A stretch of 63,896 nucleotides of DNA, counting the filler, from an uncultured Planctomycetaceae bacterium (lineage in GTDB: Bacteria; Planctomycetota; Planctomycetia; Planctomycetales; Planctomycetaceae): NCBI GenBank assembly GCA_963976765.1. It is 3 parts of 3 records of this genome, joined end to end, with 100 filler letters (N's around TTAATTAATTAA, not from the genome) between each part and the next. Parts side by side here need not be neighbours in the genome. Positions count along the whole stretch, not along the records: positions 29,118 to 55,365 come from CAXBME010000053.1; 2 more parts are not named here. The stretch is one strand, 5' to 3'. Below, piece after piece: positions 35,337 to 45,825 of this stretch. Every line of letters begins with the position of its first letter. Positions within the stretch are counted from its first letter, which is position 1. Made by a program: the position numbers and the translations under genes. Under the pieces are notes generated by a model. The model saw nothing but the letters and a program-made list of their open reading frames with translations, searched no databases and had not been told where the DNA came from.

Positions 35337-36689
35337 TTATCTTTCTGCGAGCAGCTGGTCGATCGTTCCGCTGCTGTCTGCAAAGCGTTTCATATCGAGG
35401 CCCAACATTCGAGCCTGCGTCAGCCACAGGTTTGCCAGCGGCGTTCCCTCGGGCATGTTGATGTGCTGCCCGGATTGAACTCGTTTACCGCCGCCAGCGA
35501 CGATAATTGGCAGGTCGTTGTACTGATGCGTTGATCCGTCGCCCAGGCCAGAGCCGTAAGTAAACAGCGTATTATCGAGCAGCGAGGTTCCGTCAGGTTG
35601 CTCGACCTGGTCCATTCTGTCGATGAGGTAAGCGAATTGCTCCATGTGGAAGCGATCTACCTTGAGCAGATCATCGATCATCTTTGTCTGGTTGTGCGAC
35701 ATGCCGTGATGACTTCGCGGTTTGTCGAACAGACTTTCGAACATGTAGGGGGTGTCCCACCGTTCAGGGCCGACCATGAACGTCGCGACGTTTGTCAATC
35801 CGGTCTGCAAGGCAACAACCATCAGGTCGCCCATCAGCCGAATGTACTCGCCTCGCGGCAGATGTGATTCCGTTGGCTCGTCGAAGTTCACTTTGGCCAG
35901 CTCGGCCTTCATAGTTTCGAGCCGGTCCATCTGAGTTTCGATCGTGCGGATTGATTCGAAGTACTCAGTAAATTTCTGCCGGTCGGAGTAGCCGAGGTCT
36001 TTGCTGAGTGATCGGGCATCTTCGAGTACAAGATCGGTGACGTCGCGGTAGCGGTCGATTTCCTGCGTCGAGAACAGTCGGTGATACATTTTGCGGGGAT
36101 CGCGGATTGACGGTGCCAGATGTCCGGTTCCGTACCACGAGATATTGTCGAAGTAGATCGACTCTTTGTTGTCGCGATGGCTGTTGCAGCTGAATTCGAG
36201 TGTTGGGAACGGCGTTGTCGTTCCCACCTGATCAGCGACGAGGTGGTCGAGTGTTCGATTCAGCGGCCACGCCGTTCCTTTGATCGTGTAGGGTTCGGCA
36301 CTGCTTAAGTAACACGATGCACATTGAGCGTGCACGTCGGTGCCTTGCTGGAAAGTTCGGTCCATGCCGGTGATGAGGTTGACCTTGCTCTTGAACTTTT
36401 CGAGCGGTTGCATGGTCGGTGTGAGCTGGTCAAGCGGCTTGACGCTGAAGTGCGGATTCTGCTTTCCGAGTGACTTCATCACGTTGCCGAGGTTTCCCTT
36501 CGGAATGATGTCGTCCGCTTCGCCGGGAAAGAAACCTCGCCGGACAACACCGATCGGCACGTAGAAGTGCGCCATTCGGTGAGCCACCGGCTTTGTCGGA
36601 GCAGCGTTGCCAACGCTTTCCAGCCACGGCAGTGCCAGAGCGGCACCACCGACTCCTCGCAGGAATTTTCGTCGAGACACAGATTTCAT
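35337..36689 (-). CDS. DUF1552 family protein with twin-arginine signal
   Basis: SRRKFLRG.G.ALALP.LES; SLLDNT...GS..DG..H...DLP. Confidence 0.88.
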   Translation of the reverse strand: MKSVSRRKFLRGVGGAALALPWLESVGNAAPTKPVAHRMAHFYVPIGVVRRGFFPGEADDIIPKGNLGNVMKSLGKQNPHFSVKPLDQLTPTMQPLEKFKSKVNLITGMDRTFQQGTDVHAQCASCYLSSAEPYTIKGTAWPLNRTLDHLVADQVGTTTPFPTLEFSCNSHRDNKESIYFDNISWYGTGHLAPSIRDPRKMYHRLFSTQEIDRYRDVTDLVLEDARSLSKDLGYSDRQKFTEYFESIRTIETQMDRLETMKAELAKVNFDEPTESHLPRGEYIRLMGDLMVVALQTGLTNVATFMVGPERWDTPYMFESLFDKPRSHHGMSHNQTKMIDDLLKVDRFHMEQFAYLIDRMDQVEQPDGTSLLDNTLFTYGSGLGDGSTHQYNDLPIIVAGGGKRVQSGQHINMPEGTPLANLWLTQARMLGLDMKRFADSSGTIDQLLAER

Positions 36690-36706
36690 TGTGCTACCAC
36701 TTCGAA

Positions 36707-38803
36707 TTATTGCTGATCTTCAGAAACGAATTTTGGATTGCTCTTGCTCATGAATGGTTTGCTCAGGATGACCTGCTTCAGGAGCGTCTGAAACCTGTAA
36801 CCGTCCTGGGCTGTCGTTTGGGCGATTTCGTCGAGAGCAAGCTGGTCTGACGCAGCCAGTTCGCGAGCCAGACCGAATGACAGAAGGTGTCCGGCCAGCG
36901 CTCGGACGAAACGATCCTTCTCGACCAGTATCGCCTCCTTAAACTCGATGATGTCAGAAAACTCGTGCTTTCGGAACAGTGTTCCAGACACGTCGACGTC
37001 TCGACCGTTCTCGTATTTGCTTCGCCAGACTCCAATCGGATCGTAGTTTTCGAGAGCGAATCCGAGTGGATCGATCTGCTCGTGGCAGCCTTTGCAGTCC
37101 GAGCGTTCGCGATGCAACGCGAGTCGCTCACGCAGCGTGAGATGCTCCTCACCAGCCGATGGTTTTTCACCAAGAGGCGGCACATCAGCGGGCGGAGGCT
37201 CTGGCGGATTGTTAAAGATGACCGCCGCAATCCATGCTCCGCGAGTGATCGGCTGAGTCCGTTCCGGGCCGGACGTCATCGTCATGACGGCGGAGTTGGT
37301 GATGACGCCGCCGTTGCGCCGGTCGGTGACGGGAACTCGTGTGAATTTCAAGACTCCGACAGCGCCGCCCGAAACATTGGCTCGTGACTCACTGGCAAGT
37401 TCTCCGTACGCGTTTTCCAGAAGGTTCGATCGGTATGTGAAGTCGGAGTCGATCAGCTGGGTGATCGGCAGGTTCTCGATCAGAACCGTTTCGAACAGCA
37501 GCAGGGGCTCAAGCATCATGTGCATACTGTCGCGATATTTGGAGAAGTAAAAGTTCGGATACTTTTCGCGATTCGGCACGGACGAGATGATCCGTTCGAG
37601 CTGAAGCCACTGAGCTGGAAAGCTGTCGCAGAATCGTTTCAGTTTGTGATCTTTCAACATTCGGGCGAGCTGCGCATCGAGAATCGATGGCTTTGATAGG
37701 TCACCAGCGGTAGCCAGTTCGAGCAGCTCCTGATCGGGGATGCTTCCCCACAGAAAAAACGACAGACGTGAAGCGAGTTCAAGATCGTCGATCGGTTCGG
37801 TCGCTTCGCTGATGCCAGACCTGTCATACAGGTAGAGGAACTTTGGAGACGAGATTGCCGCCGCAGCAACCGATTTCATCGCTTCCGTAAAGGGGATGCT
37901 CGATTCAAGCTGACGATCCATGAAGCTGGCATATCGGTCCAGCAATGCCGGCTCGACGGGCCGCCGAAAAGCTCGCGTGAGAAATGGTTCAAGCCGCCGC
38001 CGTACTTCGGTCTTCAAGTCGAGTTCTGAGGCTGGCGGCTCGAAGAATGACTTCCAGACACCGACATTCGTCGGCCCGAAGTCAGGACTTTCTGTGACGG
38101 ACTGACCGAGTTTCAGAAACGCTTCCATCAGCAGCGGCGATAATGATAGATGGTCGCCTCGATTGTCGAAGCCGTGCTCTGCTCGCAGGTCCTGCGGAAA
38201 GGCCGCGACACCCGCCAACCGCCGTTCGATCAATTGTGATTTCCCGAGCGGTCGACTTCCCACTGTGACGACATCGGCCATCCTGCCGGTGTGAGGCCTA
38301 AAGTAGCCATTGTGTTCCCGCATCATTCGTTCGGGCAACGTGAACACAATGCACTGCAGATCGAACAGGTCGACCACGGCGTTGTTGTACTGAAACCGGT
38401 TCATCCTTCGGACAGGAGCGTGTGGAAACGTCTTCTGACTGGCGACGCTCACATGCAGAATTCGGCGCAGTTCCGAAATCATTCGCTGGCGCAGTTTCGG
38501 ATCGAGCGGTGGCTCATCTTCGGGCGGCATTTCTTCCAGGTCGAGCACTTCGATCAGTGAGCGGACAAGCTCTGGGGATGCGTTCAGATCGTGGCTTTGC
38601 AGCGTCAGTAGATTGAGGTCGCCCTCAACTTCGTCCGTGTCCGAGCCGTGACACTTCGCACAATGTTTCTGAACGACCGGCGCAATGATTTTCTCAAAGG
38701 AGCCGCTGTCTGCGAATGTGTCTTCAGCCAGAGTGTCGCTGCGCAACAACGCCAGCACGGCAATCACGGCGCTGAAGAAAATTGTCGTCAGTCGATTCTG
38801 CAT
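36707..38803 (-). CDS. DUF1592/1588/1587/1585/1595 protein with cytochrome c motifs
   Basis: CAKCH..EMPP, RRMNR.QY.N, ELASRLSFFLW.S.PD, PITRG, CKGCH..IDPLGF. Confidence 0.88.
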   Translation of the reverse strand: MQNRLTTIFFSAVIAVLALLRSDTLAEDTFADSGSFEKIIAPVVQKHCAKCHGSDTDEVEGDLNLLTLQSHDLNASPELVRSLIEVLDLEEMPPEDEPPLDPKLRQRMISELRRILHVSVASQKTFPHAPVRRMNRFQYNNAVVDLFDLQCIVFTLPERMMREHNGYFRPHTGRMADVVTVGSRPLGKSQLIERRLAGVAAFPQDLRAEHGFDNRGDHLSLSPLLMEAFLKLGQSVTESPDFGPTNVGVWKSFFEPPASELDLKTEVRRRLEPFLTRAFRRPVEPALLDRYASFMDRQLESSIPFTEAMKSVAAAAISSPKFLYLYDRSGISEATEPIDDLELASRLSFFLWGSIPDQELLELATAGDLSKPSILDAQLARMLKDHKLKRFCDSFPAQWLQLERIISSVPNREKYPNFYFSKYRDSMHMMLEPLLLFETVLIENLPITQLIDSDFTYRSNLLENAYGELASESRANVSGGAVGVLKFTRVPVTDRRNGGVITNSAVMTMTSGPERTQPITRGAWIAAVIFNNPPEPPPADVPPLGEKPSAGEEHLTLRERLALHRERSDCKGCHEQIDPLGFALENYDPIGVWRSKYENGRDVDVSGTLFRKHEFSDIIEFKEAILVEKDRFVRALAGHLLSFGLARELAASDQLALDEIAQTTAQDGYRFQTLLKQVILSKPFMSKSNPKFVSEDQQ

Positions 38804-39114
38804 GGAAAACCGTTCACGATTGTAATCGGAAGGACGAATGCGAGTTTCACTGGTGCGACGCTCGGCGAGGGATGTCACGGCTTTAGATCCTACTCAATTT
38901 CCACGTCGATTTCGCACTTCGACTGGCGGTTGGCTTACGTTTGCCCGAATCAGAGTGCGCCCGCGATTTGTGCGAATTCTGTCAGTCCCGTTGCCAGAAG
39001 CAGCGAACAGTGACGATGATCCGAAACTCGTCCGGAAAAACTGGATTTACCGACAAACGAGAAGTTAACGATAACCAGCTATCGCAGCCTGCCGAGGCCG
39101 GGGGGAGCAAAGCA

Positions 39115-40590
39115 GTGCATCAGCTTAGAACGTGGTTACCCGCAATCATTCTGTTGACGTACACATCGTTGCCCAGTCAAGCGGACGATGCTGTCGCCAC
39201 TGATTTAACCGTTCCCGAAATGGCCGACGGCGACCCTTCGCCCGGCGCAAGAGTCCGTCAATTCAACAAGGATTATGTCGGAAGTCGCGTCTATCACACG
39301 CTGTACCTGCCGACCGACTGGAAGCCTGATGGCAAGTACCCGGTCATCGTCGAATACGCAGGCAACAAATGGCGGACGAGTCTCGGCACGGTTGAAGGCA
39401 GCAGCCTCGGCTACGGAATCACCGGCGGAAAAGGAGTCATCTGGATCTGCATGCCTTACGTGAATCAGCAGGAGATGCGGAATCAGGAAACCTGGTGGGG
39501 CGATGTCGACGCCACGGTCGCATACTGCAAACACACCGTAAAACGAATCTGCAACGAGTACGGCGGCGACGCAGACAATGTCTTCATTGCTGGTTTCTCC
39601 CGAGGAGCCATTGCCTGCAACTTCATCGGCCTGCACGACGACGAGATCGCGTCGCTCTGGCGAGGCTTCATCTGCCACAGTCACTACGATGGAGTGAGAC
39701 AGTGGGGCTATCCCGACAGCGACCGACTGTCGGCTGCCGAACGACTCAAACGTCTTGGGAACCGCCCGCAATTCATCAGCCAGGAAGGCAGCGTCGAGGC
39801 AACACAGACCTATCTCAACGGAGCATTTCCCACCGGTAATTTTACGTTCGTCCCACTGAAGGGCGTTCCGCACACCGATACCTGGGTTCTGGAAAACCGC
39901 CCGGAACGAGCAGCTCTTCGAGAGTGGTTCCTTCAGTCGCAAGTCGTCCGAGCGTTCGCGGCATCCCTTGAGGTGATCAATGCAGGAGTTGGCGGTAATC
40001 GGAGTTCGCAGTTGCTCAACCGGCTTGAACGGGATGTTCTGATGCAGAAGCCGACGACTGTCGTGCTGATGGTCGGAACGAATGACCGTCTCAACTCTGG
40101 CGGCTTCGTTGATGCGAAAACCTATCGAAAGAACGTCGAGACACTGATTGACCGTATTCGGCAAAGCGGAGCAAAAGTGCTGCTGGTAACGCCGCCGCCG
40201 TGCATTCCGGAGCTGCTGTTTACTCGGCATGACCCTCAGAAGTTTGCTGATCAGTCACCGGTTGAGCGGATGGCTGAGGTTCGAGAGTTACTGCTCAATG
40301 TTTCGAAGATGCGCGACGTACCGCTCGTCGATTTTCATCAGCATCTGATCGAACACGAGATTGCAGACGATCGAAAAAGCAGCGTGATTCGAAACGTTGC
40401 GAACGGCGGGGGGAAGGACGGAGTTCATCTGACTCCGCAGGGCTATAAGCTGCTGGCTGGGTTAATCGCGAAGAAGTTGAAGTCTTCAGGATTGCCCACT
40501 TCGCGAGTTGTGTGTTTTGGCGATAGCCTGACGAAAGGGTCGGCCACGGCGAACTATCCTGAATATCTCAAGGCGACGCTCAGTCGATAA
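39115..40590 (+). CDS. Alpha/beta hydrolase fused to circularly permuted SGNH/GDSL hydrolase (start uncertain)
   Basis: GFSRG nucleophile motif; NAGVGG, GTND, DGVH, then C-terminal FGDSLT. Confidence 0.8.
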   Translation: MHQLRTWLPAIILLTYTSLPSQADDAVATDLTVPEMADGDPSPGARVRQFNKDYVGSRVYHTLYLPTDWKPDGKYPVIVEYAGNKWRTSLGTVEGSSLGYGITGGKGVIWICMPYVNQQEMRNQETWWGDVDATVAYCKHTVKRICNEYGGDADNVFIAGFSRGAIACNFIGLHDDEIASLWRGFICHSHYDGVRQWGYPDSDRLSAAERLKRLGNRPQFISQEGSVEATQTYLNGAFPTGNFTFVPLKGVPHTDTWVLENRPERAALREWFLQSQVVRAFAASLEVINAGVGGNRSSQLLNRLERDVLMQKPTTVVLMVGTNDRLNSGGFVDAKTYRKNVETLIDRIRQSGAKVLLVTPPPCIPELLFTRHDPQKFADQSPVERMAEVRELLLNVSKMRDVPLVDFHQHLIEHEIADDRKSSVIRNVANGGGKDGVHLTPQGYKLLAGLIAKKLKSSGLPTSRVVCFGDSLTKGSATANYPEYLKATLSR

Positions 40591-40640
40591 AGAAGTGGCA
40601 AACAACACTTGAGACGGTGCGTGTTGATTCGGGTCGGTGA

Positions 40641-42269
40641 TCAATCGGCAGAATCGACCGCGATATGGCAGTGGCTGGCAAATTCGATGGAAGTTTCCGG
40701 GTAGTCGCTGCGTGCGTGGACGCCGCGGCTTTCTCGACGCTCCAGCGCGGCGGCGGCCATCAGTCTGGCGATGAGGAGCTGGTTCTGAAGTTCCCAGCCT
40801 TCGATCGATGCGAACTCGCGCTGCGAGACGTACCGTTCCCAGAATTCAAGCTGAGTCATTGCCTGTTGAAGCCCGTCCTCGTGCCTGCTGATGCCGACGT
40901 TTCGCCACATCAGTGAGTTCAATGAATTTTCGATGTCCGAAATGTTGAGTTCTTCTTCGTCCGGTTCGGGTTGTGGCCAGTCTGAATACAGAGGCAACGC
41001 GCGGAATGAGTCTTCAATTTCCAAAGCTCCCTGAGAAGCCAGCAGCCCGGCTTGACGACCGACAACCAGACCTTCCAGCAGACTGTTTGAACCGAGTCGG
41101 TTCGCTCCGTGAAGGCCGGATGCGGAAACTTCTCCGGCCGCGAGAAGTCCTGGCAATGTCGAGACTCCGTTAATGTCGATGGCCACTCCGCCAATCATGT
41201 AGTGCGCGCCTGGCCTGACTGGAATGCGGTCATGGGCAAGGTCCAGACCAAATCTGGCGCACACTTTGGTGATGTGTGGAAACCGCGTCGCGACAAGCTG
41301 CTCATCCAGGTGAGAAAGGTCCAGATATACGCATGGATGTTGCGTGGCCGCCATCTGGCTGGTGATTGCCTGACTGACGACGTCGCGCGGAGCCAGTTCG
41401 GCGGCATCGTCATAGTCGGACATGAATCGGTGGCCGCGACAGTCCAGCAGATGAGCACCCTCGCCACGCACAGCTTCTGAAATGAGATGCCGCGCGCTGC
41501 CGGCGATGTACAGGACCGTCGGGTGAAACTGCATGAACTCCATGTCCCGAAGTTCGGCTCCCGCGCGAGCGGCGATGGCGTGACCGTCTGCCGTGGCAAT
41601 GGGAGGGTTGGTTGTTTCGCGAAACAGCCGACCGGCTCCACCAGTGGCGAGGACGACCTGTTTGGCCCAGATGATTGTCTTGCCGTGTTTGGCATTCCAG
41701 ACGATCGCTCCGACGCATCGTCCTTCGTGAGTCAGCAGGTCAATCGTAAAAGTGCTTTCCCAGACGTTGCAGCTTTCTCGCGAGTGGATCGTTTCGATCA
41801 TCGCCCGCATGATTTCTTTGCCGGTCGCATCGCCAAGAGCATGGGCGACTCGAGGATGGCTGTGACCGCCTTCACGCGTCAATGCAATCTCGCCGTCCTC
41901 AATGTCGAACTGGGTTCCCATTGCGACCAGTTCGCGAATTCGATCCGCCGCTTCCCGGACGATTGTGTTGACGATGTCTTCGTCGCACAGACCTTTGCCG
42001 GCGGCGATGGTGTCGGCCGCGTGGCTGGCAACATCGTCCAGTGGGTCCAGCACGCCCGCGATCCCTCCCTGCGCCCAGGCGCTGTTGGAAAGTTTGACTT
42101 CATCCTTGGTAACGACAATTGTCTGGAGTGAGGCGTCAACTTCCATCGCTGCGCGAAGTCCGGCGATGCCTCCGCCAATGACTAGCACATCGGTGAAAAC
42201 GTGCGGCACTCGTTTGGGAGAGAATCGGACGAGGTATCGTCGTCCGGCTTTAAGTGTGAGTTTTCGCAC
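40641..42269 (-). CDS. nadB: L-aspartate oxidase
   Basis: SAWAQGGIA, REGGHS, QFHPT, SEAVRGEG, ELAPRD, AHY.IGG, HGANRL.SNSLLE, ESRG.H. Confidence 0.95.
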   Translation of the reverse strand: MRKLTLKAGRRYLVRFSPKRVPHVFTDVLVIGGGIAGLRAAMEVDASLQTIVVTKDEVKLSNSAWAQGGIAGVLDPLDDVASHAADTIAAGKGLCDEDIVNTIVREAADRIRELVAMGTQFDIEDGEIALTREGGHSHPRVAHALGDATGKEIMRAMIETIHSRESCNVWESTFTIDLLTHEGRCVGAIVWNAKHGKTIIWAKQVVLATGGAGRLFRETTNPPIATADGHAIAARAGAELRDMEFMQFHPTVLYIAGSARHLISEAVRGEGAHLLDCRGHRFMSDYDDAAELAPRDVVSQAITSQMAATQHPCVYLDLSHLDEQLVATRFPHITKVCARFGLDLAHDRIPVRPGAHYMIGGVAIDINGVSTLPGLLAAGEVSASGLHGANRLGSNSLLEGLVVGRQAGLLASQGALEIEDSFRALPLYSDWPQPEPDEEELNISDIENSLNSLMWRNVGISRHEDGLQQAMTQLEFWERYVSQREFASIEGWELQNQLLIARLMAAAALERRESRGVHARSDYPETSIEFASHCHIAVDSAD

Positions 42270-42421
42270 GGGAATTTCCGTCTGATCAAAGCGGCCTGAC
42301 GCCGGCGAATCGCGACGCCAATAATTTCAGGCTGGACCATAACGAGAATCGGTGGCCAGCAAAATCAGGGGATCACTCAAAGCTGATTCCAGAACTGCCG
42401 CGACGTCCGGAATTCAGACGG

Positions 42422-43483
42422 TCAGCTGGGAATGCCTTGAAATTCCCAGCCCATCATGATCGAGTTCAGGCCGCTGCCGATACCCAGCATGGCCACTTTC
42501 TCGCCAGTCTGGACGTGACCACGCTCAAGGCCGATCGCTGTGGTCACGGGTAACGCCGCTGCTCCCGTGTTGCCGAGGAAGTCGACCGTCGCAAAGTCGA
42601 TCTCTGGATTCAGACCAAGGCTGTCGTAAAGCAGTTTTCGATGGGCCTTGCCGACCTGATGCGTGAAGGCTTTGTTGACAGAGGAATTTCGCCAGCCGAG
42701 CGTTTGCAGCGTTGCCTCCCAGTTCTGTGTTGCAAGATTGACTCCGGCATGCAGCAGAGCTTCTGAATCGGTCTGCATTCTTGGTCGATCATCGCCGTAC
42801 GTTTCCGACTGAACGCCGCCTTCGCAAAGTTTGTGGTGCGAAGAATCAGCCAGAAAGTGCGCACCGATCAGGCGGTTGCCAGTGCGGCTGAGTTTCGCAT
42901 CACAGACCACGATGCCAGCCGACGCTGAGCCGATTGTTAGTGAAGCAAACTCCCCTTTCACGTCTTTGCGAGTCACATTCGGCGAGCTGAGCAGCGTGTC
43001 GATGGTGCCTTCAACGAGTCCGCGACCGACTTCGGTTCCGACGACGACTCCGGCACGAATCTGACCGAGTTCGATCATGTTGGCGAGAAGCAGCACTCCG
43101 TTCAGAATGCCGAGGCAGGCATTGCTGACATCGAGCACCGCGCATGAGCCGGGCAATCCTGCCGCTGCATGAACATTGCACGCCGTCGCCGGTTCGAGCT
43201 GATCTCGACAGACCGAACCGTGAATCAACGCGCCGAAGGATTCCGCCGGAATGCCGGATTGCTCAATCGCTTTCTTTGCCGTCAACGCGCTGATGTCGCC
43301 AGGGCGAGTCCCCATCGGGAAAAAGCGGCGTTCGCGAATTCCCGTCATCAGCTCCAGCCGACCCGCCGGCAGATGGAGCCGTTCGTAAACCGGGCGCAGG
43401 CGTTCCTCGATTTCATCGGACGTGACGATTTCGTCGGGAAGCGTATAAGCAAACGTCTCAAGGCAAACGTTGTGGTATCGCAT
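42422..43483 (-). CDS. oleA: 3-oxoacyl-ACP synthase III family, OleA-like
   Basis: GIRERR, EPATA, NACLG, HQVG, GNTG, GIGSGLN. Confidence 0.75.
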   Translation of the reverse strand: MRYHNVCLETFAYTLPDEIVTSDEIEERLRPVYERLHLPAGRLELMTGIRERRFFPMGTRPGDISALTAKKAIEQSGIPAESFGALIHGSVCRDQLEPATACNVHAAAGLPGSCAVLDVSNACLGILNGVLLLANMIELGQIRAGVVVGTEVGRGLVEGTIDTLLSSPNVTRKDVKGEFASLTIGSASAGIVVCDAKLSRTGNRLIGAHFLADSSHHKLCEGGVQSETYGDDRPRMQTDSEALLHAGVNLATQNWEATLQTLGWRNSSVNKAFTHQVGKAHRKLLYDSLGLNPEIDFATVDFLGNTGAAALPVTTAIGLERGHVQTGEKVAMLGIGSGLNSIMMGWEFQGIPS

Positions 43484-43871
43484 GAAAGATTCGGGTTTCC
43501 GGATGACCTCGGACAATCATCGCAGTTTGGGCAGTCGGAGCGCGGAGACTCTTGATACCGGTGCGGCTCCGCAATTTCAAATCTGCGAGACGCGACAGGC
43601 CACTTCGTCCCTGCAGCGGGATAAACCATTCGCTTTGCCAGGAAGAATCTGCCCGCCATCACTGAGGTGTCGAGTTTTCTGGACCGACAAACAGAACGAG
43701 CCATGCCGAAAGACCCGTGCGGGCGAATCGGCATGGCTCGTCTGCGACTTGACGCCCGAGAAGGGAGTCACGGCTCAGTAACTGCCTGGTGGCAGAATGT
43801 TTCTGATCGTTGTGATTCTCGAAATGGCACGAACGCACAAAGCGGTGTCGCTGAGAACTCGCAACAAATAT

Positions 43872-44078
43872 CTAAACGCTGGCCTTCTGAACAACTTCCT
43901 GACCGCTGAGGAGGCTTGAGAGGGCAGCCAGTCGCTGCAGCTTCTCGTTGCGTCCGGCGGCCACTTCGGCAGACGGTTCTTCAGGAGTCAGCATGACCGA
44001 GCTTCTTACGTACCGAAGTCCGCGGAGAATCTCTTCACGCTGTTCTTTGCTCAATTCAACTGTCAGTAGATCACTCAT
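43872..44078 (-). CDS. Small hypothetical protein
   Basis: MSDLLTVELSKEQREEILRGLRYVRSS... Confidence 0.65.
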   Translation of the reverse strand: MSDLLTVELSKEQREEILRGLRYVRSSVMLTPEEPSAEVAAGRNEKLQRLAALSSLLSGQEVVQKASV

Positions 44079-44676
44079 TGGGGTGAACTCGCTTTGAAGC
44101 AAATCCGAGTCTTCCATGCACAGTGTCATCCGGGCGATCCTTGCCTGGGGTTGTTTGAATTCTTCGAGGTCTGACGCGTCCAGAAACCGGTCACAGCGAA
44201 TCGGAGCACACGCCGACGGCACCTTTACGCTCGACTTCGCAAATACGTTGAGCCGATGGTAATCGACCCGAATCAGAGTCTCAAGAACCGAGCCGCGTCA
44301 TCTCTGAGTGACTCTTGCATATCTTCGGTCAAAGTGGCGCGAAATTCACCTTCGGATTGACCATCACTTGAGACTTTCTTTCAGACCGACGCTGGATTCT
44401 GGAAATCCCGTCACAGACGGACATCCGGCCCGCTCCCCGATAGCCGCACGATAGTTACAGAAGTGTCAGCTTTTCGCCAAAAACGTACCAGGGTTATGTA
44501 ATCTGGTTGCGAAATGGCGATCACTAATTTCGCTACTTGAAAGGATTGGGCAGGAACTATCGGTATTCATGAGCCAATTCAGCGGTCGAATCAGTCGGAA
44601 GCGGTCACCGCACACGGGGCACCGCAGTTATTGCCGCTCCTCGGGCTGACACCACAACTCACGGCCTACTTGCAGT

Positions 44677-45639
44677 TTACGTTGACACTGATGACCTCAG
44701 ACTGCCCTGGCGGAAGGCGTCAGCGAGGGCCAGCGGAACTTCGGCTTCGGCGAGGACGACATGGGCCATGTTTTCGACGGTGGCAGCCTTCATTTCCTGT
44801 TCGTTGGCGACGGCCATCGCTCGTCGTTCTTCGGCCATCGCCCGGGCGACGCGGACGTCGGCTTCGGCCTGGTCCGCCTGGAGACGGGCGCCGACGTTTT
44901 CTCCGACATCGACGTCAGCGATATCGATCGACACGATTTCAAAGGCCGTTTGTGAATCGAGGCTCTTGGCCAGCACGGCGTGAGTGATCAGCTGAGGGTT
45001 CGCCAGCACTTGTTTGTGACTCTGGGAAGAACCGATCGCTGAAACAATTCCCTCACCGACTCGCGCAATAATCGTTTCCTCGGTCGCTCCCCCGACAAGC
45101 TGAGCGAGGTTGGTTCGGACAGTCACTCGGGCGCGAGCCTTCAATTGAATGCCGTCTTTGGCGATACCGTCCAGCGTCTTGCGACCACCTCGACGAGGAT
45201 CCGGGCAATCGATGACTTTGGGATTCACGCTTGTCTGGACGGCTTCCAGAACGTTTCGGCCAGCAAGGTCGATCGCTGAAGCGGTGAACCAGTTCAGGTC
45301 GATCTTTGCCCGGTGAGCGGCAATCAGGGCTTGAACGATTCGCCGGACGTTCCCGCCACTCAGGTAATGAGCCTCCAGTCCCTGGACCGAGACGTCCGTC
45401 AGTCCGGCCTGCACAGCCATGATTCGAGCGTCCATAATGACGTGTGGATTCACGTTTCGCAGAGCCATGAAAACCAGCGTCGGTGGGCTGATTCCCGCTT
45501 TGGTCACGAAGCCTCGCAACCACAGCTTGAAATAGCGGAAGAACATGAACACAAAGCCCAGTCCAACCAGGCCGAGTACGCCGATGAAGAAGGCACCGAT
45601 AAAGTGCCATTCGGACCACTCTTCTGCGAGGATACCCAT
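44677..45639 (-). CDS. floA: Flotillin-like protein FloA (YqfA)
   Basis: [53 protein letters not shown]. Confidence 0.92.
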   Translation of the reverse strand: MGILAEEWSEWHFIGAFFIGVLGLVGLGFVFMFFRYFKLWLRGFVTKAGISPPTLVFMALRNVNPHVIMDARIMAVQAGLTDVSVQGLEAHYLSGGNVRRIVQALIAAHRAKIDLNWFTASAIDLAGRNVLEAVQTSVNPKVIDCPDPRRGGRKTLDGIAKDGIQLKARARVTVRTNLAQLVGGATEETIIARVGEGIVSAIGSSQSHKQVLANPQLITHAVLAKSLDSQTAFEIVSIDIADVDVGENVGARLQADQAEADVRVARAMAEERRAMAVANEQEMKAATVENMAHVVLAEAEVPLALADAFRQGSLRSSVST

Positions 45640-45825
45640 ACTGCAACTCCCTTAAATTCGGGGCTGATGTTTCACTGATGAAACGCTCTTCCGTATCGGC
45701 TCGGAAGTCTACGCGACCACGTGACAGGTTCAAAGGAATACGGAGAATCGAACACCGACGCAGGCTGGCCTACCATGGCTGGCAGCTTCGAAGATCAATC
45801 TGAAATGGGACAAGGAGTTTGAAGA

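Noticed and set aside
42422..43483. Complete ole hydrocarbon operon
   Set aside because: Only an oleA-like gene is present; no oleBCD neighbours.
44080..44670. Long intergenic region as ncRNA (also 47000-47375 and 63030-63600)
   Set aside because: No recognisable RNA family motif or convincing structure by eye.
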